Positions 51,410 through 62,446 of a stretch of DNA of 64,000 nt are shown in pieces. A program made the position numbers and the translations under genes. The stretch comes from Candidatus Omnitrophota bacterium (GTDB taxonomy: Bacteria; Omnitrophota; Gorgyraeia; DTHP01), in NCBI GenBank assembly GCA_023819145.1, contig JAMWCW010000002.1, forward strand, positions 11,231-75,230, in the 5' to 3' direction. Each line of letters opens with the position of its first letter. The stretch's first letter is position 1. The notes beneath the pieces were generated by a model, which worked only from the letters and a program-made list of their open reading frames with translations, was not told the DNA's origin and ran no database searches.

Positions 51410-51432
51410 AATACTGTTACTGAATACTGGCT
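51410..51432. repeat. Short AATACTG-type array in oppA-oppB spacer
   Basis: aatactg ttactg aatactg gct. Confidence 0.55.
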
Positions 51433-53185
51433 ATTTAATATAGATTTCCTCTATATTATGAAAAGCCCCACCATAAGAGGTTGGATAGAGATTGCCGAAT
51501 TTGTTCCTCACGGCAAAAATATTGAAAGGTAATACCGTATAAATTAAAGGTAAATTCTCAGAAACAATCAATTGCCATTCATCATACAATTTTTTTCTCT
51601 TTTCTTTATCTAATTCCTGAACCGCCTGGGTAAATATTTCATCAATTCTCTTCTCCCAATCTGTAGCGGGCTTTTCTTGCCGGGGGTACCAGAGATGAAG
51701 CTGCCCCCATGAATACCAAACATTTGCACCAAAGTGTGGTTCAATTCCTCCGGTTAATCCCAGGACTATAGCATCCCAATCAAAAGTGGAATCAAGTTTA
51801 GAAACCAAAAGATTAAATTCTAAAGGCATAAAATTAACCTTGAATCCAATCTTCTCGAAGTCCTTACGAATAAGCTGAGCAATTTTAACGCGTTCATTAT
51901 TCCCTGCATTTGTATATAGACTAAACTCCACGCGATTACCTTCTCTATCTTCTAAAAAACCATCACCATCACGGTCAACAAATCCTTCCTCTCTTAAAAT
52001 CATTTTTGCTTTTTCTATATTGTATTCGTATTTCTTAACGTAAGGATTATAAAAGAATCCTGAAGATGGGCTCAATGGTCCATCTTGTGCAATACCTAAA
52101 CCATTAAGCACAATATTAATCATCGATTCCTTATCCAGAACATGGGCTACCGCTTCTCGGAATCTTCTATTGGTAAACCAATTTATCTTTTTGGGTTCAA
52201 CAAATGGCTTTCCTGTCTGGGGGTTAATGCTTCTGTTCTGATTAAATACCAGATAATTCTCTCCAAAAACAGGGCCAGTATTAAAAATCGTAAAATTCCC
52301 TTCTTTCTCTTTGGGTTTTAAAAGGGGGTAATCCTCTCCACGCAAACTATAGTAATCAATTATCCCTTCTTTAAATTTAAGAAAAGCAGTATCCTGACTC
52401 TGAACAATAAGAAAAACTATCTTTTCTAAATAAGGAAGACGTTTACCTTCTCTATCCTTCCTCCAATATAAAGCATTCCTTTCAAGAATTACTTTCTCGC
52501 CGGGAAGATATTTTACCAATTTAAAAGGGCCAGTCCCTACAATCTGTTCAGGCGGAGTGTCTAAACCCCATGTAAAATTAAATCTTCCTTCCTTTAACGG
52601 TCTATGGAGAATATGTTTAGGCAGAATCTCCTGTCCCATCCCCATCAAAAAAGGCGCAAACCTTTTGGGTAAATCAAATCTAACTTCATAATCACTAAAT
52701 TTATCTACCTTTATCAACTGCCCATCAATGGTAAAGATATCTCTTGCACTGGTAGGTATCTTGGGATTGTAGATCAATTCATTAAAAGTAAAAACCACAT
52801 CCTCAGCAGTAAATTTCTCTCCATCGTGCCAGAAAACATCTTTGCGCAATTTAAAAATATAAGTAAGCCCATCATTTTCTATCCTCCAAGATTCTGCCAA
52901 ATTTGGTTCCACATCCAAGGTAATTCCATTTACCCTTGTAAGTCCCTCAAAAATTAATCCTGTGATAACCGTAGTTGAAGTCTCTTTAGCTACAATGGGG
53001 TTAAAAGATTTTGGGTCGGCAATAGTTGCTAAAATAAGACTCCCGCCATAAGATCCGATGGAAGGAATGTAATTTTGAGGAAGCGGTGATGATAAATTTT
53101 TCTTACTGGAAGGGACAGAACCTTTTTCTACACTACAGCCCAAAAGGAATAAAAGAGACAATACTTCAATAATCCTTCTGTACAT
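51431..53185 (-). CDS. oppA: Peptide ABC transporter substrate-binding lipoprotein (family 5)
   Basis: Lipobox LLGC; DPKSFNP, PNLAESW, WHDGEKFTAEDVVFT, GTGPF. Confidence 0.9.
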   Translation of the reverse strand: MYRRIIEVLSLLFLLGCSVEKGSVPSSKKNLSSPLPQNYIPSIGSYGGSLILATIADPKSFNPIVAKETSTTVITGLIFEGLTRVNGITLDVEPNLAESWRIENDGLTYIFKLRKDVFWHDGEKFTAEDVVFTFNELIYNPKIPTSARDIFTIDGQLIKVDKFSDYEVRFDLPKRFAPFLMGMGQEILPKHILHRPLKEGRFNFTWGLDTPPEQIVGTGPFKLVKYLPGEKVILERNALYWRKDREGKRLPYLEKIVFLIVQSQDTAFLKFKEGIIDYYSLRGEDYPLLKPKEKEGNFTIFNTGPVFGENYLVFNQNRSINPQTGKPFVEPKKINWFTNRRFREAVAHVLDKESMINIVLNGLGIAQDGPLSPSSGFFYNPYVKKYEYNIEKAKMILREEGFVDRDGDGFLEDREGNRVEFSLYTNAGNNERVKIAQLIRKDFEKIGFKVNFMPLEFNLLVSKLDSTFDWDAIVLGLTGGIEPHFGANVWYSWGQLHLWYPRQEKPATDWEKRIDEIFTQAVQELDKEKRKKLYDEWQLIVSENLPLIYTVLPFNIFAVRNKFGNLYPTSYGGAFHNIEEIYIK

Positions 53186-53544
53186 TATTGATTCGGCGAA
53201 GCATTCTCCTGTATTGGGGAAGGAACTTCTTGGCTACTTTCTACCGGAGGAACGGACTTTTCTCCTACTACTTCTTTCTTAACTTCTCCCTGTTTTAAAC
53301 GTTCCATAATGGAAGTGGTCCTTTTGCCAGAGATAATGGCTATACCTAAACTGGCAATCAAAAATATCGTTGCGGAAATTGCCGTTATACGCGTAATCAA
53401 TGTCCCTGCTCTTGTCCCAAAGATAGTCTGTGCTTGCCCACCAAACGTTTCAGAAAGCCCATAACCTTTGCCAGGCTGAATTAGAATAAGAAAAATGAGA
53501 AAGACGCATACAATAACATGAACAGCAATAATTAATCCTAACAT
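53185..53544 (-). CDS. secG: Preprotein translocase subunit SecG
   Basis: LILIQPGKG.GLS..FGG, two TM segments; follows tpiA. Confidence 0.92.
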   Translation of the reverse strand: MLGLIIAVHVIVCVFLIFLILIQPGKGYGLSETFGGQAQTIFGTRAGTLITRITAISATIFLIASLGIAIISGKRTTSIMERLKQGEVKKEVVGEKSVPPVESSQEVPSPIQENASPNQ

Positions 53545-53587
53545 CCTTCCTCCTTCGCTGGGAATATTATTTTAAAACCTATAAATC

Positions 53588-54367
53588 TCATGCGCCTTTA
53601 AGCTGATTAATCGCTTGAGATTTTTTTATAATCTCTGTAAAAGAAACTAAATCCAAACTTGCTCCTCCCACCAAAGCGCCATCCACATCTTTTTCCCTGA
53701 TTAAATCTTCAATATTATCAGGTTTAACGCTACCTCCATACTGAATCCTGATGCCTTCCGCAATATCTTTACCAAAAATTTTATTCAGAAAATCCCTGAT
53801 ATAGCTATGGACTTCTTCTGCTTGAGAGGCAGTAGCATTTATTCCTGTTCCTATTGCCCATACCGGTTCATAAGCAATCACCAAGTCCGAAGGTTCTTGC
53901 ACTTCTATGCCTCCTAAACCATTTTCTAAATGGTCTTTGACAACTTCAAAAGTTTCACCCCTTTTTCTCTCTTCAAGAGTTTCTCCTACGCATACAATGG
54001 GAATCAGTTTATACTTTAAAGCCGATTTAACTTTTCTGTTCACTGTTTCGTTAGTTTCCCCAAAAAACTGTCTTCTTTCCGAATGTCCTATAATCACATA
54101 TTCAACTCCTAAATCCTTTAACATTAACGGAGAAATCTCGCTGGTAAAAGCGCCTTTATCTTCCCAGTGCATATCCTGCGCACCCAGTTTAATCTGAGAA
54201 TCCCTAATAACTTCCTCTACTTCTGACAAAACCGTATAAGGAGGACAAACAACAATATCCATTTCCATCTCATCAATAAAATTCCTTTTAAGGCCATTTA
54301 CTAAATCTATTGCCTCTGTAACAGTTTTGTGCATCTTCCAGTTTCCGGCAATTATTGGTCGTCTCAT
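53588..54367 (-). CDS. tpiA: Triosephosphate isomerase
   Basis: AGNWKM, GHSERR, AYEPVWAIGTG, YGGSV, LVGGASL. Confidence 0.99.
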   Translation of the reverse strand: MRRPIIAGNWKMHKTVTEAIDLVNGLKRNFIDEMEMDIVVCPPYTVLSEVEEVIRDSQIKLGAQDMHWEDKGAFTSEISPLMLKDLGVEYVIIGHSERRQFFGETNETVNRKVKSALKYKLIPIVCVGETLEERKRGETFEVVKDHLENGLGGIEVQEPSDLVIAYEPVWAIGTGINATASQAEEVHSYIRDFLNKIFGKDIAEGIRIQYGGSVKPDNIEDLIREKDVDGALVGGASLDLVSFTEIIKKSQAINQLKGA

Positions 54368-54442
54368 AATTTTATTGTTAAATTGTCAAATTACCTTGTG
54401 TATTTAACGCTCAGCAAACAATTTATTATATTAGTGTATAAA

Positions 54443-55627
54443 TTATTTATCCCTAAGGCTAGCAATACCCGGCAAAACCTTACCTTCCATATATTCTAAA
54501 GAAGCTCCTCCCCCTGTAGAAACGTGAGTCATCTTTTCTTCCACTCCGAATTTTGCCACCGCAGAAGCAGTATCTCCCCCGCCCACTACGGTAATGGCAG
54601 AAAGGCCGGCTATAAAAAGAGCAATTTCTTTTGTTCCTTTACTAAAGGAATCAGTTTCAAAAATACCCAAAGGACCGTTCCAAGCAATGGTTTGAGCATT
54701 TTTAAGAACCTTTTTGAACGCATCAATAGTTTTTTCTCCTATGTCTACTCCTAACCATCCCTCAGGAATATTGGAATCTTTTGTGTTTAACGTTTTAGCA
54801 TTAGGTTCAATTTTATCGGCAATGAGATGGTCAGAGGGAAGCACTAAATTCTTCTTTAAATTATTCGCCTTTTCCAGAATCTTTTTAGCAAGTTCAATCT
54901 TATCTTTCTCAAATTTCGAATTTCCTATATTTATGTCTTTTGCCTTAAGAAAGGTATAAGCCATCGCCCCTCCGATAAGAATCGCATCCGCCTTGGGTAA
55001 AAGATGCTCAATAACTCCTATTTTGTCCGAAACCTTTGCTCCTCCAAGAATAACTACAAAAGGTCTTCTGGGATTAGCCAAAGCCTCACCTAAATATTTA
55101 ATCTCTTTCTCTAACAAAAATCCTGCGGCGGATGTAAGATAATGCGTTACACCCTCTGTAGAAGCATGCGCACGATGACAGGTTCCAAAAGCATCGTTAA
55201 CAAATAAATCTCCCAATGCAGCAAGCTGTTTGGCAAAACCAGAGTCGTTCTTCTCTTCTTCAGGATGAAATCTTAAATTCTCAAGAAGAATTATTTTTTC
55301 TGCAGACTCTTTAATTTCCTTTTTAGTCAAATCTCCAACACAGTCATCAAGTTTTTTTACCCTTATTCCTAACAACTCTTCCAATCTTTTTGCTACAGGA
55401 TTTAGTCTTAATTCTTCCTTTACCTTACCATCTGGCCTACCTAAATGGCTCATGAGAATTATCTTCTTTGCACCATTATCTAAAGCATATTTTATCGTAG
55501 GCAGGGCCGCTCTAATTCTTATGTCGTCGGTAACATTTAATTTCTCATCTAAAGGCACATTAAAATCCACGCGCATCAAGACCAACTTATCTTTCAAATC
55601 TAAATCTCTGATTGTTAATTTTGCCAT
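54443..55627 (-). CDS. pgk: Phosphoglycerate kinase
   Basis: RVDFNVP, SHLGRP, GGAKVSDK, STGGGASLE. Confidence 0.99.
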   Translation of the reverse strand: MAKLTIRDLDLKDKLVLMRVDFNVPLDEKLNVTDDIRIRAALPTIKYALDNGAKKIILMSHLGRPDGKVKEELRLNPVAKRLEELLGIRVKKLDDCVGDLTKKEIKESAEKIILLENLRFHPEEEKNDSGFAKQLAALGDLFVNDAFGTCHRAHASTEGVTHYLTSAAGFLLEKEIKYLGEALANPRRPFVVILGGAKVSDKIGVIEHLLPKADAILIGGAMAYTFLKAKDINIGNSKFEKDKIELAKKILEKANNLKKNLVLPSDHLIADKIEPNAKTLNTKDSNIPEGWLGVDIGEKTIDAFKKVLKNAQTIAWNGPLGIFETDSFSKGTKEIALFIAGLSAITVVGGGDTASAVAKFGVEEKMTHVSTGGGASLEYMEGKVLPGIASLRDK

Positions 55628-55690
55628 ACATTTCCCTTTCGTGGTAGATTTTGTTTTTTTGCGTTAATCTTTTAAACTTTTTCGCGAATT

Positions 55691-56742
<1,052 letters not shown>

Positions 56743-56752
<10 letters not shown>

Positions 56753-57744
56753 TTTACTTCTCGGAGATATTTTGCTGCATGGGAAGGCCGCATAGGATTT
56801 ATATAGAAACCCGTCCCCCATTCAAAACCAGCAAGGCGGGTCAGTTTAGGCATGAACTCCAGGTGCCAATGATAGTCCTCTCTTTCCATCCCTTCCAAAG
56901 GTGAGGTATGGATAATAAAATTGAAGGAAGGATCACGGAGCACTATTTTTGCTCGTTTAAGCATCTCGCGGAGGATATTCGCAAAACTTATTACCTCTTC
57001 TCTTTGTATATATGAGAAATCTGATTCATGTTCTTTGGGTATAATCCAGAATTCAAAAGGGAAACAGGAAACAAAAGGAGCGAAAGCAATAAAATGTTTA
57101 TTTTCCATAATTATCCTTTTTTCGTCTTGCAATTCCTGTCTTATCATATCGCAGAATACACACCGTTCACGGTACTCAAAATACTTCTGCGAACCGCGTA
57201 ATTCCTCTTGCACTCGTTTAGGAACAACCGGTAAAGCAATAAGTTGAGAATGGGGATGTTCCAAAGAAGCCCCAGCACTCTTCCCATAATTCTTAAAAAT
57301 AAGAATATATTTAAATCGTTTATCTCCCCGTAAATCAATGCTCCGATTACGATAACACCAGATAACTCTCTCAACTTCGTGGTCCTGTAAATCAGCAATT
57401 TCGCGATTGTGGTCTGGATTTTCTATAATTACCTCATGAGCACCAATACCATTGCTTAAATCATAAACTCCTATTCCTCGTTTATTCAAACCACCTTCTA
57501 TTTGAAGTGCAGGAAACTTATTAGGAACGACGCGTGTAAGCCAACCGGGGGTATCTGGACTAGTTGCCCCTTCACGGTGGGCAATTATTTCTGGAGGAGT
57601 CATTGTTTCATTTCCCGGACAAAAAGGACAAACTCCTTTACCTCTCACATGAGTTTCAACTTCAAAATCTTCAGGGGTGCATTCTTTTTCATTACCAATA
57701 ATCACCCATCTTCCTGTAACCGGATCTCTTCTTAATTCTGCCAT
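56743..57744 (-). CDS. galT: Galactose-1-phosphate uridylyltransferase / GalT-family nucleotidyltransferase (intact HPH)
   Basis: ELRRDP, CPFCPGNE, VPNKFPAL, GASLEHPHSQ, AGFEWG. Confidence 0.9.
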
Positions 57745-57770
57745 ATTCCCATCCTTTTAAATATCGACCT

Positions 57771-57840
57771 TCTAATTCTCTATTTAACTATTTCACTCTT
57801 TACCTACTCGACTATTCAACTAATTCCAATCAACTAATTT
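57771..57840. repeat. Long 8-bp array between the two galT genes
   Basis: tctaattc tctattta actatttc actcttta cctactcg actattca actaattc caatca actaattt. Confidence 0.8.
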
Positions 57841-58868
57841 CAAGCAATTTCCAATTCTCTGAGATATTTTGCTGCCTCTTCCGGGGGAGTGGGATTGATA
57901 TAAAATCCCGAACCCCATTCAAAACCCGCGACCCGCGTGAGACGAGGGATTATTTCAATATGCCAGTGATAGTCCTCATCCAAAGTTTTCCAATATCCTG
58001 GCTTTTTAGGTATTCTAAAGGGCGCGGTATGAATTATGTAATTATAAGGTGGGTCATTAAGTGCCTTTTTAAGCTTAGTTAACACCTGTTTCATTACTTT
58101 AGCCAAATCAAAAACTTCCTGCCTTTTTAAAGTGATAAAATCCGCAGAATGATTTTTGGGAATAACCCACGTCTCAAAAGGAAAACGCGCCGCAAAAGGA
58201 GTAAAAGCAACTATACCATCGGATTCCATTACAATTCTTTCTCCGGAATCAAGTTCCTGTCTAATAACATCGCAAAATATACATCTCTCTTTAAATTCAA
58301 AATATGTCCTTGCGCCCAAAAGTTCCTCTTTTACTCGTTTAGGATTAACTGGCATCGCCATCAATTGTGAACGCGTATGTTTTACCCTTCCACCCCCCGC
58401 ACTCCATCCATAGTTCTTAAATACAAGCACATATTTAAAACGTAAATCTTTTCCTAAATCAGTTACTCGCTCAATGTAAGCAAGAAAAACCTTGGCAATT
58501 TGTTCTTCAGAAATATCCGCCATATTGGCAATGTGCTGAGGAGTTTCAATCACTACTTCATGCGCCCCTACTCCGTGCATTACATCATACATCCCTCTAC
58601 CCTGTCGATTAATATTCCCTTCAATCCGCAAAATAGGAGCAATACTCGGAACAACTCTCACATCCCAGCCTGATTTATTCCTTTGTGTGTTTGGCTTGCG
58701 GAAAGCAAAAATCTCAGGAGGCGTATGTTCTTCATTTCCTTCACAAAATGGACAACCATCTTCGGAAGGCTCTTCCTGTAAAGAAACAAAATCGTGGGGT
58801 CTCTTTGCTCTTTCGGTAGCAATAATTACCCATCTTCCAATAATAGGGTCTTTACGCAGTTCTGGCAT
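57840..58868 (-). CDS. GalT-family paralog lacking the catalytic His (H-T-R-S-Q)
   Basis: Full-length GalT fold (ELRKDP, CPFCEGNE, GAHEV, AGFEWG), but the motif reads GGGRVKHTRSQ. Confidence 0.85.
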   Translation of the reverse strand: MPELRKDPIIGRWVIIATERAKRPHDFVSLQEEPSEDGCPFCEGNEEHTPPEIFAFRKPNTQRNKSGWDVRVVPSIAPILRIEGNINRQGRGMYDVMHGVGAHEVVIETPQHIANMADISEEQIAKVFLAYIERVTDLGKDLRFKYVLVFKNYGWSAGGGRVKHTRSQLMAMPVNPKRVKEELLGARTYFEFKERCIFCDVIRQELDSGERIVMESDGIVAFTPFAARFPFETWVIPKNHSADFITLKRQEVFDLAKVMKQVLTKLKKALNDPPYNYIIHTAPFRIPKKPGYWKTLDEDYHWHIEIIPRLTRVAGFEWGSGFYINPTPPEEAAKYLRELEIA

Positions 58869-58900
58869 TTTTATTTCCTTTCTTTTAAATTAAGATGTTC

Positions 58901-58928
58901 ATTATAGCAATATTTTTATAAATTGCAA
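58901..58928 (-). promoter_or_regulatory. Promoter for galT pair (possibly extending to gap-pgk-tpiA)
   Basis: TTGCAA-N16-TATAAT with extended TG. Confidence 0.55.
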
Positions 58929-58996
58929 GTATAAATTTTAATAAGACGAATTATATAGACTAACATACTGATTAAACAGATTCAAATAAAAAACAA

Positions 58997-59929
58997 TTAG
59001 GTTAATAATTCTCCTTTCCCCAATTGATGTCCAAGAAGAAATTTCTCTGCAGACATTCTCTTTCCGCCCTCCAGTTGTAATTCTTTTATCAAAATCCCTC
59101 CCTGTCCCGTCTTAACTATGAAACCGTCCTTATTGATATCAACTATCTCTCCGTATTGGGCGTCTAAAAAACTGCCCTCTACCACTTGTGTTTTCCATAT
59201 TTTAAGAAGTTTATTATGCCATCGGCAAAAACTTCCCGGCCAAGGAACGAGTGCTCTTGTCTGGTTATATATCTTTACTGCTGGGTTATTCCAATCTATT
59301 CTTCCATCTTCTTTTTTAAGCAAAGGAGCAAAACTAACTTCATTTTCATCCTGAGGTATTAAAACCGCTCTCCCTTCTTCTATCAAATCTATCGCTTCTT
59401 TTAACAATCTTGCACCTTCTTTGCTTAATCTCTCCCCCAGGGTAATTGCATCTTCATTTTCAAAAATAGCAATTCTCTTCTGAAGAATTATTTCCCCCGC
59501 ATCCATTCTCTCAGTTACTTTAAAGATACTCAAACCTGTTTCTTGTTCTCCATTTAATATCGCCCAGTTTATAGGAGCCGCTCCTCTATAGCGGGGTAAA
59601 AGTGAAGCGTGCAGATTAATTGTATAAAATTTGGGAATGGCGAGAATTTCGCGGGGTAAAATCTTTCCGTAAGAAACTATTACAAAAAGGTCTGCTTTCT
59701 TTTCCTCTAAATATTCTATGAACTCCCTGCTTCTGATGTCCTCGGGTTGAACTACTTCTAGACGCAAGACTACCGCTTTGGTCTTTACCGGCGGAGGTTT
59801 TAATTCCAGATGTCTTCCTTGTTTTTTATCAGGTTGTGTCACTACCGACAAAATCTCATGCCCACTACAACTAACCTCTTCCAGACTGGGAGTCGCAAAA
59901 TGGGAAGTTCCCCAGAAGATAATCTTCAT
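58997..59929 (-). CDS. fmt: Methionyl-tRNA formyltransferase
   Basis: VVTQPD, NLHASLLPRYRGAAPI, MDAG. Confidence 0.98.
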   Translation of the reverse strand: MKIIFWGTSHFATPSLEEVSCSGHEILSVVTQPDKKQGRHLELKPPPVKTKAVVLRLEVVQPEDIRSREFIEYLEEKKADLFVIVSYGKILPREILAIPKFYTINLHASLLPRYRGAAPINWAILNGEQETGLSIFKVTERMDAGEIILQKRIAIFENEDAITLGERLSKEGARLLKEAIDLIEEGRAVLIPQDENEVSFAPLLKKEDGRIDWNNPAVKIYNQTRALVPWPGSFCRWHNKLLKIWKTQVVEGSFLDAQYGEIVDINKDGFIVKTGQGGILIKELQLEGGKRMSAEKFLLGHQLGKGELLT

Positions 59930-60423
59930 CGTCTGTTTCTCTTGAACTTTTTCAAAAGACGGAATCGTTTCAGAGCACCAATGCGGTCAATAAACAAAAC
60001 TCCATCTAAGTGGTCCGTTTCATGTTGAATAATGCGTGCCAAAATACCTTCGGCATTAATAATTCTTTCTCTGCCTTCTAAATCTTCAAATTTCAAAACC
60101 ACTTTTTTGCTTCTTTTTACTTCTGCTGAAACCCCCGGCAGGCTAAGGCAACCTTCAGTAAGGACTTCTTTAGCTAAAGACTTTTCTAAAATGCGCGGAT
60201 TAACAATCACTAATTCTTTACCTCGTTCTCCACTAGAATTGGCAATAAATATTCTTTTACTAACCCCTACCTGTGGAGCAGCTAAACCCACCCCATCTGA
60301 AACATACATCGTATCTATCATATCCTTAATCAACTTCCTATCCTCATCGTTAATTTTTGTCACTACCATCGCTTTTTTTCTCAACACACTATCCGGAAAC
60401 ACAATAATTCTTAATATTGCCAT
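59926..60423 (-). CDS. def: Peptide deformylase
   Basis: GVGLAAPQVG, EGCLS, QHETDHLDG. Confidence 0.98.
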   Translation of the reverse strand: MAILRIIVFPDSVLRKKAMVVTKINDEDRKLIKDMIDTMYVSDGVGLAAPQVGVSKRIFIANSSGERGKELVIVNPRILEKSLAKEVLTEGCLSLPGVSAEVKRSKKVVLKFEDLEGRERIINAEGILARIIQHETDHLDGVLFIDRIGALKRFRLLKKFKRNRR

Positions 60424-60438
60424 AGTCTCTATCTTTTT

Positions 60439-62403
60439 TCACTTAGGTTCTATATCAATAGTCAAAACGTTGCCTTTAAATTTTCTTTGCTTCTTAAAAA
60501 CCTTATCCAACAGAGCAAATACATTTTTTATATTACCAGATTTTATAAAAATTTGCCAGCGATATTTATCTCTCAGTTTTAAAACCGGATGAGGAATGGC
60601 ATCGGATATAAAAATTCCTCGCGAAGTATTCATTTCCTTTATGCTCCTTGCCAAAAGATGGGCATTTTTTTCTACATTTTTTTGGTTCTTACCCCGCAGA
60701 TTAAGGACTATAAGATTCTTAAAAGGTGGTAATCCTAATTCTTTTCTTAAACTCAATTCATCTTGATAAAACATCTCATAATCAAGTTTCTTTAAAGCAT
60801 CAAATAAATTATTTTGCGGATTACGCGTTTGAATCAAAAGCTCCCCCCATTCATTATCTTGTTTTAACAAACTCAAGAATCTTATCAACAAAGAAAAAAT
60901 CCTCTCTCCCCCCCGAAAATCAGGGAATTTAACATCCTCTTCTAAATTGACTATCCCCACGAGTCCAATTCCAGATAAGGGAGGCAATTTTACGAGCATG
61001 TTTGTTCCCGTTAAAATATCTATACGTTTTTCCTGAAAATCTTTAAGCACATTTTTCAATACCTTTTCCCGTTTAATATCTAAATCAATCCTTGCGGTTT
61101 TTGCGCGAGGGAAAAGTCTACTCAATTCACTCTCCAGCTTCTCCGTCCCTATACCCTGATAACGTAAATAGGATGTTTGGCAATTAGGACAGAGTGAAGG
61201 TGCTTCCTGAACAGCTCCACAATAATGACAAACCAGCTTCTTAATAGAGAAATGATAGATAAAATTCCGCTCACAACGTTCACAACGCATTACTCTACCA
61301 CATTTCCTACATCTGATAAAAGTAGCAAAACCTCTGCGATTAAGCACAAGAAAGACCTTATTACCTTTTTCTAAAACTTCATTTATCTTTATTTCCAAAG
61401 GCTTAGTTATATAGTTTTTACTTCGTCTGCCACTTGATAAGTCTATAACAGATACATTCGGATATCTCTCGGGCTTATTTCTTAAGTCAATAAGCCAAAA
61501 ACCATCTTTCTTTGCTTTATAATAAGTTTCTACCAAAGGCGGAATACCCACCAATATCAAAGGTATTTTAAAATAATTTGCACGACAAATTGCCACATCT
61601 CTTGCATTAAAAAAGGGAAATTCATCTTGTTTATGAAAAGTAGAACTTTCATCCTCTACGATAATTAATCCAAAGTTTTCCTGAGGAAGGAAAACTGCCA
61701 TTCTTGTTCCTATAACTACCTTGGGGTATTTCCCTCTAATCTTACACCAGTTAATGAAACCATCCTTCTCGCTAAATCCACTGTGATAAAGAATAATCTC
61801 ATAAGAATCAAATTTTCTTTTTAACACAGAATACAGATTATCAGCTATGTAAATTTCCGGAACAATAATAAGCACGCTCTTTCCTTCATTAAGAACCCAT
61901 TCGCAAATTTCGTAATAGATATTTAATCTCTTTTCTTGAAAATAGTCCTCGAAAATAAGAAAATTGAAATTTTCTTTCTCCTTTATTAAATTAATCATTC
62001 TCTCAGCCTCAGGAGAAAATTTTGTAAAAATTCTCTCTTTACTTAAGGTTTGCGGTTTTTCTTCCAAAACTAATGTTTTTTTAGGTCGGCGGAGATAGGC
62101 AGGAGTAGCTAATGCCATCATTTCGCCCCAACTGGCAAAATAATGCTCAGAAAGAGTTTTCAGAAAAAAGAGTATTTTTTTTGTAAAAAGAATCTCTTTA
62201 TCTAAAACGGAAATAATTTCTTTGGTATAAGAACTCTTACTTTTTTTACTTTTTCCAATACAGTAACCTACGACCTTCCTTTTTCCAAAAGGAACATAAA
62301 CTCTTTTCCCAATCTCTGCATCCTTCATTAAGGAATCAGGGATCGCATAGTCAAATGACTTTTTAAGTGGAAGCCCGAAAATTACTTCGGCGTATTTATC
62401 CAT
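60439..62403 (-). CDS. priA: Primosomal protein N' (PriA) with degenerate helicase motifs
   Basis: 3'BD (FDY, VPFG), LNRRGF, four CxxC zinc motifs, GIGTEK, PPF; likely ATG 62403; usual priA-def-fmt order. Confidence 0.9.
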   Translation of the reverse strand: MDKYAEVIFGLPLKKSFDYAIPDSLMKDAEIGKRVYVPFGKRKVVGYCIGKSKKSKSSYTKEIISVLDKEILFTKKILFFLKTLSEHYFASWGEMMALATPAYLRRPKKTLVLEEKPQTLSKERIFTKFSPEAERMINLIKEKENFNFLIFEDYFQEKRLNIYYEICEWVLNEGKSVLIIVPEIYIADNLYSVLKRKFDSYEIILYHSGFSEKDGFINWCKIRGKYPKVVIGTRMAVFLPQENFGLIIVEDESSTFHKQDEFPFFNARDVAICRANYFKIPLILVGIPPLVETYYKAKKDGFWLIDLRNKPERYPNVSVIDLSSGRRSKNYITKPLEIKINEVLEKGNKVFLVLNRRGFATFIRCRKCGRVMRCERCERNFIYHFSIKKLVCHYCGAVQEAPSLCPNCQTSYLRYQGIGTEKLESELSRLFPRAKTARIDLDIKREKVLKNVLKDFQEKRIDILTGTNMLVKLPPLSGIGLVGIVNLEEDVKFPDFRGGERIFSLLIRFLSLLKQDNEWGELLIQTRNPQNNLFDALKKLDYEMFYQDELSLRKELGLPPFKNLIVLNLRGKNQKNVEKNAHLLARSIKEMNTSRGIFISDAIPHPVLKLRDKYRWQIFIKSGNIKNVFALLDKVFKKQRKFKGNVLTIDIEPK

Positions 62404-62413
62404 AATTGTATTC

Positions 62414-62438
62414 AAATCCCAAAATCTAAATCCTAAAC
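62414..62438. repeat. 7-bp array upstream of priA
   Basis: aaatccc aaaatct aaatcct aaac. Confidence 0.75.
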
Positions 62439-62446
62439 TTATTACT

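Noticed and set aside
58945-58985. Possible 9-bp period array (actgatta/acagattc) and similar weak patterns near 8380, 31330, 43810 and 55640
   Set aside because: Too few or too degenerate units to separate from AT-rich background without a statistical test.
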